A stretch of 64,000 nucleotides of DNA. It comes from Octopus bimaculoides (lineage: Eukaryota). Every line of letters starts with the position of its first letter. Position 1 is the stretch's first letter. Below are positions 25,526 to 37,764 of the stretch, in pieces. The stretch covers positions 111,149,665 through 111,213,664 of the forward strand of contig NC_068984.1 in the NCBI RefSeq assembly GCF_001194135.2, given 5' to 3'. Below the pieces are notes generated by a model. It searched no databases, was not told the origin of the DNA, and was given only the letters and a program-made list of their open reading frames with translations. The position numbers and the translations under genes are program-made.

Positions 25526-25867
25526 ATAATAGTAATAACAATAATAATAATAACTCTTTCTAATTTTGTCACAAGGCCAGCAGAAGGGAATTACATTGAT
25601 CAAGTGCTCAACTGGTACTTATTTTATCAACCCTGAATGGATGATTGTCACAGCTGATATCTGTGGAATTTCTGCCTGGAATAAAAAGCCAGAAAATATG
25701 TGACTAAGCATTTCATCGCATGTGATTACACTTCAACCACCTTAATAATAGTAACAATAATAATAATAATAATAACAGTTTCTGATTCAGGTGCAAGGCC
25801 AAAAATTTTGGTGGGAGGTGGCTAGTCAATCATATTGACTTAAGTACTTCACTGGTACATTTTGGCT

Positions 25868-27256
25868 ATGAAATGTAATTTGTTGCCCGTTATGTTACGA
25901 GCAGATTTTGCTATTTTTCTCAACATAGATTTCCCTATTTTCTTCCATGTGTCCATATTTATTATTGAAATATCACTTCCAGTGTCCATTTCAAGGGAAA
26001 ACAACCAAAGCAAAGGTGTTTGTCATTGAAAATGAAACCGATCTGCTTGGTACTGATTGATTAGAATTTTTTCAATTTATTGGACCTCCCCATAAATCTC
26101 TATTGTAGAAATGTAAATGTTTGTCCCTCTAAAAATAATTCGTCTGAAGAGAGAAGTAAAAGTAAACAAAATGTTTCTGCAAGTACTCTCAGATAAACTA
26201 GGTCTATGCACAAAGACTGAAAGCCCATGGTCTAAGATACATATTGTCTTCGATGGACCAGTGAATGGCACATACTATCTAACTGTTATGGATAGCTATA
26301 CAAAGTGACTAGAGGTGTGCAGATGTAATAAACCCACAGCAAAGACAACAATAAAGTTCCTACTTGAGTTATTCGCTTGATACAGTGTTCCAGACACTTT
26401 AGTTTCAGATAATGGAACACAATTCACAGGACATGAATTAAGAAATTTCTGCAAAATACATGCCATAAAGTACATCTTTACCTGACCCTACCTCCTGAGG
26501 TCAAATAGGCAGGTGGAAAGATTTGTTGACATGTTCAAAAGAGCTCTAAGAAACAACTAGGAATGAGCTAGATAATGACAAGGCACTAACGAATTTTTTG
26601 AGAGTGTATACAGTAACGCAAAATCGAAATACTAATTCAGGAAAGTCACCAGCAGAGTTAATGTCCATATGTAAAATAAAATTGATCTTTGATAAATTAT
26701 TGCCAGGAAAAAATACATATAAATGCATGACAAAAAATACATTTGGAGGAAATACAAGAAATATTACAAAACATTTTGAAGTAGGAGATAAAGTTCATTT
26801 TAAAAATCACAAAAATGGCTAAGAAGGTTGGGAGGATGGCTGTGTAATCAAAAGATTAGGTAACATGATGTATTTAATTGAAGGACAAGATTCGGAACAT
26901 AAGAGACATAGGGAAGTATGAAGAGTAATACCAATGGAAGTCTTCTATTATATGTTTGAAGTGCCAGCACTGAGAGATATTGAACTCTGTAGAAGTAGCT
27001 TCAGAAAAAGAAAACAGACTGAATATCTGGAAGTAATACCTAAACGAAAATGATATTAAACATTCAAAAAACCAAAAGTAAAAAACCAAAGTGCTAACAA
27101 GAATGCTTAGCACAAAGAAAAGAAAAGGTGCTGTGTGCAACGAACAATATTACCTTAAAAGCTGGGCAACAATTAAGTGAGAGGTGTTGGAAAAAATATA
27201 ATAAGAATAAAAGAAATTCCACATTCTCACAGTAGTCAAAATCTAAATAGGGAAGT
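25868..27256 (+). pseudogene. Ty3/Gypsy internal fragment: inverted protease N-half, protease C-half fused to integrase; RT/RNaseH absent
   Basis: Minus 25868-25987: MDTGSDISIINMDTWKKIGK; plus from 25988: FQGKTTKAKVFV...LLGTD, then PWSKIHIVFDGP...VMDSYTK...VSDNGTQFT...SNRQVERFV (D,D35E). Confidence 0.88.
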
Positions 27257-27501
27257 TGTTATGATGAGAGTTATGACACCCCCTTGTGAGAGATAGATTG
27301 GTCCGAGTAAAGTATAAATAGTATGATCCAAGTGAGTTCAGAGTTTGGAGTCGAGTGGAGTTCATGTTAGTTTACAGTAAAGTCAGAAGGTGTTGGTTGG
27401 TTAGTTCACAAGGAATATTAACTGCTGGTTCGTAGAGAGATTTGTTTGTTTGTTGCATTGTTTTTACTGTTGTCTGGTTATCTTATTTATTGTACATAAC
27501 A
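27257..27501 (+). repeat. 3' LTR of the Gypsy fragment
   Basis: Preceded by polypurine tract AAATAGGGAAG; termini TGTTAT...ATAACA; TATAAATA at about 27313. Confidence 0.75.
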
Positions 27502-27835
27502 AATTATGTTACAAGAAGAAAGACAGAATTGATATTTGCAACTTAATAATAATTTAATTTCTTATTTAAAAGAAGGATAATACTTTTTCAGTGGTGAGGT
27601 TAATCAATAATATTGATCCCTGCACTTGACTGTGCTTAATCTTAGCAGTCCTGAACTTGAAAGAAAATCACTGAAAGACATTGGAGTTGTTTAACACCAA
27701 ATGTCTCCAAAAATGTTTCCTGGTGCATTTGGTAGCATTCAAACAGTTTGAAAAATAGTGATTCAGTGTTGTAGTGTCCTAACTCAAGCTATTCTATCAT
27801 GATTAATTTCCTTTAATTATATCTCAATTTAATTA

Positions 27836-27840
<5 letters not shown>

Positions 27841-27878
<38 letters not shown>
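27841..27878. repeat. Poly-T tract (about 38 nt)
   Basis: Direct reading. Confidence 0.95.
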
Positions 27879-27961
27879 CTGTGCAAATATTGTGTCTTTA
27901 TATACATATATGAGTGGTTTATTGTGTGCTGAGCTTTTACTTTTAAAATCTTAATACATCA

Positions 27962-28230
27962 TCATCATCATCATTTAACGTCCGCTTTCCATGCTAGCAT
28001 GGGTTGGACGATTTGACTGGGAATGATAAGGATGGTGATGATGATGAAGATGATGACGACAATGAAGATGATGTTGATGATGGAGATGATGCTGATAAAG
28101 ATGATGATGATGACAACAAGAATAGTATTGATGGTGATGATGATGAGGTGATGACAAACCAGGTGATGATGATGATGGTGGTGCTGGTACTGGTGCTGGT
28201 GGTGACGATGATGACAACGACAGCGATGAT
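27962..28230. repeat. Family D 3' tip followed by a (GAT)n/(GGT)n tract
   Basis: TTTAACGTCCGCTTTCCATGCTAGCATGGGTTGGACG identical to 31579 and 37031. Confidence 0.85.
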
Positions 28231-28904
28231 GAATAATTTCATAAATAATTTGCTGAAATTCCCATTTTGCCAAGACAGCCATACTTTACAATAACAAACT
28301 TCTATGTCTCTCCAGGATAGCACATCACTTATATTTCCTATTATATTTCACAAATGTATAGGTTTTCTAACTAAACAACAGCCAAACTTTTTTTGAACAG
28401 AACATTTTGGAAGGAAAATGATATTGAAATATTGTAAGTAAAAACACATAAAGAACAACACAAAAGCAGTTAAAAAGAGAGAAAAATAAATAAAAGTTAA
28501 AAAATTAACTTCACTGAAGTGAGAAATATTTTTTTTTTTCCAATTAAATTCCTTTTATCTTTTTACTAGGTATCTCCTTCAGGCAACTGCTATATTTGTC
28601 CTTCTATTTCTCTCAGTCCCTTCTGTTTTTTTTTTTCATATTTGTTTCTATTTTTTTATTTATTTCATGTCTACCTTTTGTTTTTCTCTCTCAGCCTGTC
28701 TGTCACTCTAATTTTCTGTCTGTCTCTCTTTCTTACTCTCTCTCTCTTTCTTTCTCTCTCTCTCTTTCTGTCTGCGGCTGTCTCAAGATTTTATTATATA
28801 GTTTGCATAATCACTCTTCACAGCACTCCTTAATACATTGCAATTAATCACCCCTTCTCTTTCTTTCCACCAATTCCTACCTCTCTATCTTGTTACTGTT
28901 ATCT

Positions 28905-28913
28905 CTCTGTCTG

Positions 28914-28949
<36 letters not shown>

Positions 28950-29170
28950 CCTATCTATCTATCTATCTTTCAATCTATCTACCTATCTATCTATCTAGCT
29001 ATTGATCGATCTTTCTATTTATCTACCTATCTATCTATCTATCTATCTGTCTATCTTTCAATCTATCTATCTGTCTATCTTTCTATTTATCTACCTATCT
29101 ATCTATCTATCTATTGATCGATCTTTCTATTTATCTACCTATCTATCTATCTATCTATCTAATTAGTCTA
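28905..29170. repeat. (CTAT)n microsatellite with an internal duplicated block
   Basis: CTATTGATCGATCTTTCTATTTATCTACC occurs twice. Confidence 0.92.
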
Positions 29171-30574
29171 TCTTTATCTGTCTGACACTTTCTCTGTATA
29201 TAGCAATATATACATGTGTGTGTATGTATATATATATATGTGTGTGTGCATGCGTGTGAAGACATTGCCTCATATTATTAATGTTATTAATTCAAAAATG
29301 CACACATAATCTATAAATATTACTATGCATACATTCTCACTAAAGCATGTTAACACAAACATATGTGCGTGTGTGTGTGTTTGTATGTGTGTGTGTGCGT
29401 GAAAGAGAGAGAGTGTGTGTGTGTGTGTGTGTGTGTGTATGAATGTTCACATATTTATGATGTCTTGATTTTTCTGTATAACTTGTCTTGTGAGAAAGAT
29501 GTTCACTTAGTCAGCAGTAACTTGTATATTTAAAATAATAATTATTAAGAAAATAGTAACACTAATTCTGAATTTTTTTATATTGACCACAAGGGCCAAA
29601 AGTGGGATTTGAACTCAAAACAAACAGAGTCAGAAAAATGTCACTGAGCATTTTGTTCAATATGCCAATGATTTCCCTAGCTCAGCCCTTTAATAATGAT
29701 GATGATGATAATAATAATCATGATATGAGCAGAAGTAATGGTGGAGCATTATAACCGTGTATTGAGAAGAATTCTTTGAGGCGTGAATAATTCACATCTG
29801 GCAACATGGGTGTTTCGTTTTTAATCCCTAAACAAACCTTATTCAGGGACCTTTTGAGTGAGATGAGTTACTTGACATGAAGAAAATTCAAATTGGGCCC
29901 CACCTGCAAGATGATGATCTTAATATAAGATCTCCATGTCATGGACTTATGGTTGTGATGCATGTGCTTGGTGTACCATTATCGGACGTGTAGTCATGAT
30001 GGGTATATTGGGCTTCGTATATTTGTACCCCAGTATCACTCTGATGGCATGTGCTGCTCTCTCACTTAATAATAGTAATAATAATAATGATGATGATGAT
30101 GATATTTTTTTCTTTTAACATAGTCACAAGACCTAAAATTTCATGGGGTGGAAAACAGCCAATGAGATCAACTCCTGTACTTGACTGCTGCCTTATTTAT
30201 CAGCCTTGGTGTGATCAAAGGTAAACTGACTTTTGAGTTTTGAACACTGAATGTGGGAAGCTAGAAGAAAATGGTGGACAAGCAGAAGCATTAGAACTTT
30301 GGAACCAACACTTAACAGCATTTGTTCCAGCAATTTATGTTCCAAGTGCAAAATTGGTCAGGTCAACTTTAATTTTAATCCTTTTGAAGACTGGGATACT
30401 GGGAGTTACAATAGTGACTAACACCCTCCCCTCAAATTTCAGGCCTTATAAGAAATAGTTATACTTCATACTTCTAGTCATGGGAGAAAGATTCTCATTT
30501 TTGAAATGAGGTCAGTCAAGCAATTAAATCAACCCCAGTACATAACTGTTCCTAAACTTTTGTTAATATACTGT

Positions 30575-31000
30575 AGGTGCAGGAGTGACTGTGTGGTAAG
30601 TAGCTTGCTTACTAACCACATGGTCCTGGGTACAGTCCCACTGCATGGCATCTTGGGCAAGTGTCTTCTCCTATAGCTTCGGGCAGACCAAAGCCTTGTG
30701 AGTAGAGGGAAACTTCTAGATGGAAAGCCTTGGTAGACGGAAACTGGAAGAAGCCCGTCGTATATGTATATATATGTATATGTATGCGTGTGTATATTTT
30801 TGTGTGTCTGTTTGTCCCACCCAACATCGCTTGACAACCAACGTTGGTGTGTCTATGTCCCCGTAACTTAGCGGTTCGGTAAAAGAGACCAATAGAATAA
30901 GTACTAGGCTTACAAAGAATAAGTCCTGGGGTTGATTTGCTTGACTAAAAGCAGTGTTCCAGCATGGCCACAGTCGGATGACTAAAACAAGTAAAATAGT
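30575..31000 (+). mobile_element. SINE family A, full length
   Basis: A/B-box head, internal microsatellite, family tail. Confidence 0.92.
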
Positions 31001-31565
31001 ACACTTCTGTTGAAAAATACTGCCTTTGTTTCAATTAATTTTTAAAGTAATAAAGAATTTAGTAAAGTAACATTGTCCTTATTAAAATGATATTTGGAAT
31101 TTAATTTAACGTAAAATTTTAATGGAAAACAAGCTATTTATAACACAGAACCAGATGCAGTTTTGAATGAGATGGTATTCCTAATGACCTCTTCTCCATG
31201 TTAAAAAAAATTTGAGGAAGGAGCTAGCAGTTACTTCTCAGAGAAGAACTGATATGGTGCTAGAGCTGTCCAAGAATGGATCACATTTACAGTAGAGTCC
31301 AGAAGTGAAATGAAGATAAAGAGAATTAACAATAACTCATTTCAGTTATTTAGACATTTAATCAATGCTAATGTCATTATAAATGTTGTTGTTCTTGTTA
31401 TCAATATAAACAGTCTTTCATTTCTTACAAACAAACTCTTCGTAATTTTTGTTTTTTTTAGAAACATTCTATGTATGATGGCGAAAAATGGCCCAGTGAA
31501 AAACAAAATGAAGTTTCTGAAACAAGATATGTTAGGTTCAAATTTTTGAAAAGATTGAATATCAT

Positions 31566-31775
31566 CATCATCATCACCATCATCATCGTTTAACGTCCGC
31601 TTTCCATGCTAGCATGGGTTGGACAATTTGACTGAGGACTGGCGAACCAGATGGCTGTACCAGGCTCCAATCTGATCTGGCAGAGTTTGTACAGCTGGAT
31701 GCCCTTCCTAACACCAAACACTCTGAGAGTGTAGTGGGTGCTTTTACGTGCCACCAGCACGAGGGCTGTCAATCG
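31566..31775 (-). mobile_element. Retroposon family D 3' part (tail (GAT)n on sense strand)
   Basis: CAGCTGGATGCCCTTCCTAAC motif shared with 37005-37385 and, degraded, 39718-39945 (+). Confidence 0.82.
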
Positions 31776-32164
31776 CCATGTGGAATATGAGAGGATTTCA
31801 GTCACACCTTGTATGATTTTCTATGACAACTAGCAGTATTCAAATTCCATACATTTTATAATTTGACAAACCTTTCCAGATCAAATACATTGTATGCACT
31901 GATGCAAAAACCAGGATGTAAGCTGAAAAAAAAAATTATGATAAAACTTTAGATACATGAACACACCATTAGCATCAACCTAACTTCATTAGGGCCATAT
32001 CAATGATTACGCAATCTGTCACATATATATCCTCTTTGATAGCATCTTTGTCATTACTCTTACATCTCTTTTTCATGTTGTTGTAGTTCTTCTTCTTCTT
32101 ATCCTCCTCCTCCTCCCTATCATCATCATCATCATTGTCAGTATTATTATTATTATTATTATTA

Positions 32165-33225
32165 TTCAATAGGCTTTGAGCTGGCTGAATCATTAGCACA
32201 TCATACAAAAGGCTTGGCAGCATTTCTTCTGACTTATTACATTCTGAGTTCAAATTCCCTTCAGGGTTGATAAAAAAAAGTACTAGTTGTGAACTGGGGT
32301 TCATGTAATCAACTAACCCTCTATCCCTGAAAACTGCTTGCTTTGTGCCAAAATTTGAAACCATTAATAATAATAATAATAATAATAATGATGATAATCC
32401 TTTCTACTCTAGGCACAAGGCCCGAAATTTTGGGGGAGTGGGCCAGTCAATTAGATCGACTCCAGTATGCAAATGGTACTTAATTTATTGACCCTGAAAG
32501 GATGAAAGCAAAGTCAATCTCGGTGGAATTTGAACTCAGAATGTAAAGACAGACGAAGTACCGTTGAGCATTTCACCTGGTGTGCTAATGTTTCTACCAG
32601 CTCACTTCCTTAACAATAATAATAACAATAATTATAATAATTCTTTCTACTATAGGCACAAGGATTGAAATATGTGGGAAAGGGCCTAGAATTTTTATTG
32701 TCCCTAGTGTTTAACTGGTTCTTGCATCATAGACCCCAAAAGAATGATGGATGAAAGGCAAAGTCGACGCTGGTGAAATTTGAACTCAGAATTGAAAAAT
32801 AGACAAAATGAGGCTAAGCATTTTGCCCAGCAGGTTAATGATTCTGCCTGCTCTCCACTTTCATAATAATCCTTTCTATTCTAGGTACAAGGCCTGAAAT
32901 TTTGAGGGAGGAGACCAGTCAATTACATAACTGGTACTTAATTTATCAACCCCGAAAGGATGAAAGGCAAAGTCGATCCCAGTGGCATTTGAACTCAGAA
33001 AGTGAAAACATACGAAATACAGCTAAGCATTTCACCCAGCACGCTATTGATTCTGCCAGCTCGCCACCTTTTCCACTTTCATAATAGTGATAGTAATATT
33101 AATCCTTTCTACAAAAAGCACAAGGCCGGAAATTTTGGAGGAGGGGACTAGTCAGAACGTAAGGAGGCACGAAATACTGCTAAGCATTTTGCCTGGTGTG
33201 CTAACAATTCTGCCAGCTGGCTTCC
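32165..33225. mobile_element. Cluster of five SINE family B copies (one +, four -) separated by (AAT)n
   Basis: 32165-32375 (+), 32398-32612, 32642-32860, 32870-33070 and 33100-33225 (-). Confidence 0.88.
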
Positions 33226-33242
33226 TTAATGATACTACTAAT

Positions 33243-33598
33243 AACAAGAGCACTCAGAAAGTGCAAATCTTCGCCAAGGCAACATCAACATCCTCAGAAC
33301 GATTAGCCGGGGATGATTTTTGAAATGAGAATATCTGAAATAAACTCGACTGCTCTCACAAATGAGAATACTGACCACTCTCAAAAATTAAATGAATAAA
33401 AGCAAGAAAAATAATCCAGAGTCTTTGTCCGGTACCGAATTGATCCCAAAATCTAATCAGTTTGTGGCAGTCGTCAGGCCAAACTTCTCAAAGTTTCATT
33501 TGAATCTATCCAGCAGTAATTGAGATATCTTGTCCATGGACAAACAAACAAACACAACTGAAAACAATACCTCCACCTTTGCTAAGGTGGAGGTAATA
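33243..33598 (-). mobile_element. Helentron-associated (DINE-1/HINE-like) non-autonomous rolling-circle element
   Basis: 12-bp hairpin TACCTCCACCTT(TGCT)AAGGTGGAGGTA at 33568-33595, adjacent (GTTT)n, subterminal CTTCGCCAAGG at the other end, no TSD. Confidence 0.65.
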
Positions 33599-33940
33599 AT
33601 AATTATAACAATAGTAATAATAAAAAGATGATGATGATGATGATGATTATGATGGGGGGAGGGCGGTTGTAGTAGTAGTAGTGGTGGTGGTAGTAGCAGT
33701 AGTAATTTCGATCCTTCATCAAATCAATTGCATCTATATAACCCTATATTGCTAGCTTTCTTTGTCCCCTTTCTCTGACATCATTCTTCTTCTTACCTTC
33801 ATTGCTGTCATTAATATTGATGCTGATGCTGTCATTGTGGTCTCTGCTGTATTTGTACATGTGTTTATATATACACACATCATGCATACATACATGTACA
33901 TATATACATGTGTGTACATATACACATACATATATATGCA

Positions 33941-33994
<54 letters not shown>

Positions 33995-34421
33995 NNNNNN
34001 NNNNNNNNNNNNNNNNNNNNNNNNNNNNNNNNNNNNNNNNNNNNNNNNNNNNNNNNNNNNNNNNNNNNNNNNNNNNNNNNNNNNNNNNNNNNNNNNNNNN
34101 NNNNNNNNNNNNNNNNNNNNNNNNNNNNNNNNNNNNNNNNNNNNNNNNNNNNNNNNNNNNNNNNNNNNNNNNNNNNNNNNNNNNNNNNNNNNNNNNNNNN
34201 NNNNNNNNNNNNNNNNNNNNNNNNNNNNNNNNNNNNNNNNNNNNNNNNNNNNNNNNNNNNNNNNNNNNNNNNNNNNNNNNNNNNNNNNNNNNNNNNNNNN
34301 NNNNNNNNNNNNNNNNNNNNNNNNNNNNNNNNNNNNNNNNNNNNNNNNNNNNNNNNNNNNNNNNNNNNNNNNNNNNNNNNNNNNNNNNNNNNNNNNNNNN
34401 NNNNNNNNNNNNNNNNNNNNN
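33995..34421. other. Assembly gap (N run)
   Basis: Other gaps: 44468-44622, 55319-55723, 56166-56175, 57112-57619, 60946-61337, 63295-63717; most abut (TA)n. Confidence 0.98.
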
Positions 34422-34525
34422 CATCCCCTGCTATCTCAGTATGCGCAGAGACAGTGATATGTCTTTCTTCTACTTCCTTTATCTCACTCTGCCTCAGTTC
34501 CTCTCTCTCTCACTCTCTCTCTTTC

Positions 34526-34556
<31 letters not shown>

Positions 34557-35257
34557 CTGTTGATTTATCTGTCATTCTATCAATTTATCCATCTATCTAT
34601 CTATCTGTCTGTCTGTCTGTACTTCATTTCTGCCCATGTATCCAACTATCTAAATATTCTACGAACTGATGTGGTGCTACCAGCAGTAGACTGTCGTTGT
34701 TGAAAGACCCTAAAGGTTATATAAAAATACGTGAATAGAATAGAATGGAACAGAACAAGACTAGTACTAGATTTAATGATCAGTGCAGGGCAACATTGCA
34801 TATAAACTTGTGTTGGTTTTCATCTTCATATGAGACCAATCACGATTAAGGATAAGTGATGGTATCTATATAACAATATGTATGCACAGTTTTATCTAAC
34901 ATGTGTTTAAATATTTGTTGAGTGTTGACACAAATGCACGTGACTCATACAATGAAAGCCCATCAACCAAAAGAGAGTTGCTCACCGAGATAAGAATTAT
35001 TCTTATGTCTCCTAGTTGCTGTCTTGGCATGCAGTGCGTGATCGCTAAACTACTCATGATACCCAAAAGAATTTAACAATCAGAATAAGGAATAGACTAC
35101 ATGTTAAGTTATTGTCATTAATTCAATGGTGGTGGTGGTGGTGGTGGTAGCAGTATGGTGGTAGTGAGAGTGAGAGTATCTTGTATTTGTTTGTTTGAGA
35201 GTATTTCATGTTTTCTTTTTGTTTGAGTATTTTATCTCCGTCTATATATTTATATAC

Positions 35258-35540
35258 ACAGGGCGAGGTGAATAAACCGTTGTCTAAATTATGCAAAAAT
35301 GAAAATAACACTGGCATCTCATTTTAACAGATATATTTACCAAAATTACATAAAAATATCTTGAAATACTAAAGAGTAAATTTATTCAATAAAATCACCA
35401 TTGGCTTCAACCACGGCCTCCAGACGACTTTGGAATCTCTTGCAAGTCTCCTGGACGGTCTCCTTGTTTAAGTTGGTGAATGTTGCCATAATCCTTGCCT
35501 TCAGATCATCTTTGCTGTTACAAGGAGTATTGTTAGTCTC
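35258..35540 (-). mobile_element. Tc1/mariner (maT-like) 3' end fragment
   Basis: TIR CAGGGCGAGGTGAATAAA; minus strand encodes KDDLKARIMATFTNLNKETVQETCKRFQSRLEAVVEANGDFIE*; same family as 43238-44094. Confidence 0.85.
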
Positions 35541-35944
35541 ATACCACTTTGTCATGCTGGAAGGGGAGTACCATTTTCACTACATCTCCCCTTTTAGTTT
35601 TTTTGTTCTTTGGAAAGCAAGTAATTTTATTCTACTTTATTCACTCCACCTCCTTTTTTATATTTTGTTTTTATTTGTACAACTTAAAATTTTTTTTTTT
35701 TTCAAATAAACCACCAGAGCTACCTAGTCTGAATGGTTAACTTTTTCAATTATATGTAGATTTTCTAGGCTTTCTAGCTCTTTGTTGACCTGGTCCAACA
35801 CTGCAAATGGCACATTCCATTTAGGCCTAAAAACAAGTGTTGCCTTTTCTTCTACCGCAATCCTTGCTTCTGTTTAGGTGCATCTACCTAATACTCCCAA
35901 AAAAACATTTGGAAACAATTTTAAAACTTTTTTGTCCCAGTTGT

Positions 35945-36355
35945 GTAGGAGTGGCTGTGTGGTAAGTAGCTTGCTTACCAACCACATGGTTCCGGGTTCA
36001 GTCCCACTGCGTGGCACCTTGGGCAAGTGTCTTCTACTATAGCCTCGGGCCGACCAAAGCCTTGTGAGTGGATTTGGTAGACAGAAACTGAAAGAAGCCT
36101 GTCGTATATATGTATATATATGTGTGTGTGTGTATGTTTGTGTGTCTGTGTTTGTCCCCCCAACATCGTTTGACAACCGAAGCTGGTGTGTTACGTCCCC
36201 GTAACCTAGCGGTTCAGCAAAAAGAGACCGATAGAATAAGTACTAGGCTTACAAAAGAATAAGTCCTGGGGTTGATTTGCTCGACTAAAGGCGGTGCTCC
36301 AGCATGGCCGCTGTCAAATGACTGAAACAAGTAAAAGAGTAAAAGAGTGAGAGAG
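35945..36355 (+). mobile_element. SINE family A, full length, with 6-bp TSD
   Basis: AGTTGT at 35939-35944 and 36356-36361; CpG-rich, hence probably young. Confidence 0.93.
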
Positions 36356-37004
36356 AGTTGTTCAACTTCATTCGAACTTTTAACCATGCTGACTACATTT
36401 TCACAGAGAACACTAATGGGGTATCTCGCATCTTAAATAACTCCATGCATTCTGTGCCAAATAGGTTTAGTGATATTTTCAACACATAAATGATTGTCCT
36501 TTTCATCTCCCCTCAAAAAGTTGCATCGAAAATACATTCGCCATTGATATATAATTTCTTTCCTGTAATACCATATGCTATTTTATTTGATTTAAATAAT
36601 TTCAGCTTACTGATTTGTCACCATGTTTCATTATTTATTATAGTGATGTCACTAATTGTGTCTTATTGTATTTTGACACTAATGGTTTTGAGTTGTTTCA
36701 CCTCGATGAATTTTCTGTTTGTTGTACAAACTTTTTCTCTCATGACAAACTATTTTTCCTCATTTGGTCCAGTTTTTCAACATCTTAGTTCTGTAGTGGG
36801 ATTTAATGTGTCCCATATTCCCATAAGGAAAACACTTGGCTTTTTTGAACAGACAGTTTTCTCAGGTGCCTACCTCCACATGTCATAATGAGTTTATTTC
36901 TTGGTTTTTGTGAAACACTTTATCCATTTTCTGAGTCTTCCCTACTGGTTTTATCTGTAAACAATCTCCGCAATGGATTTCTTCTGTGTCATGCCTTACT
37001 TTTA

Positions 37005-37385
37005 ATCATCATCATCATCATCATCGTCGTTTAACGTCCGCTTTCCATGCTAGCATGGGTTGAACGATTTGACTGAGGACTGGTGAAACCGGATGGCAAC
37101 ACCAGGCTCCAATCTGATTTGGCAGAGTTTCTACAGCTGGATGCCCTTCCTAACGCCAACCACTCAGAGAGTGTAGTGGGTGCTTTTACGTGTCACCCGC
37201 ACGAAGGCCAGTCAGGCGGTACTGGCAACGGCCACGCTCAAAATGGTGTATTTTATCTGCCACCCGCACAAGAGCCAGTCCAGGGGCACTGGCAATGATC
37301 TCGCTCGAAAATCCTACGAAGGCCAGTCAGGTGGTACTGGCAACGGCCACGCTCAAAATGGTGTATTTTATGTGCCACCCGCATC
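37005..37385 (-). mobile_element. Retroposon family D with internal tandem duplications
   Basis: GAAGGCCAGTCAGG(C/T)GGTACTGGCAACGGCCACGCTCAAAATGGTGTATTTTA occurs twice. Confidence 0.88.
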
Positions 37386-37764
37386 ACATCATATTCTCCT
37401 GACAGTTTCTGGATAGTTATATCCTGGTTCATTTCCAGCTTTGCAAGAGTTTTCATTCTGACTTCTGTGTCCTTTTTAGCAGTAAGTCCCTGAACAAAAA
37501 TCAGGCACTTGAATGAGTCTGGAGTTAGTTTATCCTGTTTAAATCTCTTGCACCTTCTGTTCACTCTACCTGCATATGTCATAAATGTCATAAAGTCCTT
37601 GTCATTGTTTTTCTCAGGGTTCAAACACTTCCAAAGGGTGTTGAATAGCAATGTTTTTTTTCACTGAACATCTTACATAAAATGTCAATTGTGTCCATGA
37701 AATTTATGTCAGTAATTATCTTAAGCAATATAAAGATACAGTATCCCCAAAATATAGCAATAAT

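Larger units (their letters stand above)
35541..37680 (-). pseudogene. Ty3/Gypsy fragment (gag, protease, RT start, then PPT and LTR start), interrupted by two SINEs
   Basis: DSFKCLIFVQGL (37400-37650); protease-like 36400-36700; NKELESLENLHIIEKVNHSD (35720-35800); AAAAGGGGAGA|TGTAGTG PPT/LTR junction at 35595-35584. Confidence 0.85.

Noticed and set aside
33744-34669. Long ORFs of 150-250 aa spanning X runs (also at 44.4, 55.1, 57.0, 60.8 and 63.2 kb)
   Set aside because: Artefacts of N-gaps.
35945-36020. tRNA-like heads with A and B boxes (all SINE A, B and C copies)
   Set aside because: They continue into SINE bodies and do not give a full cloverleaf; not tRNA genes.
37073-37095. CTGAGGA-CTGGT-GAAA in family D as a hammerhead
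   Set aside because: Only 5 nt between the core halves, no stem II, and the 31.6-kb copy has GAAC.
37190-37380. Repeated GC-rich blocks as a CRISPR-like array
   Set aside because: Internal tandem duplication of a retroposon; no unique spacers, and eukaryotic context.
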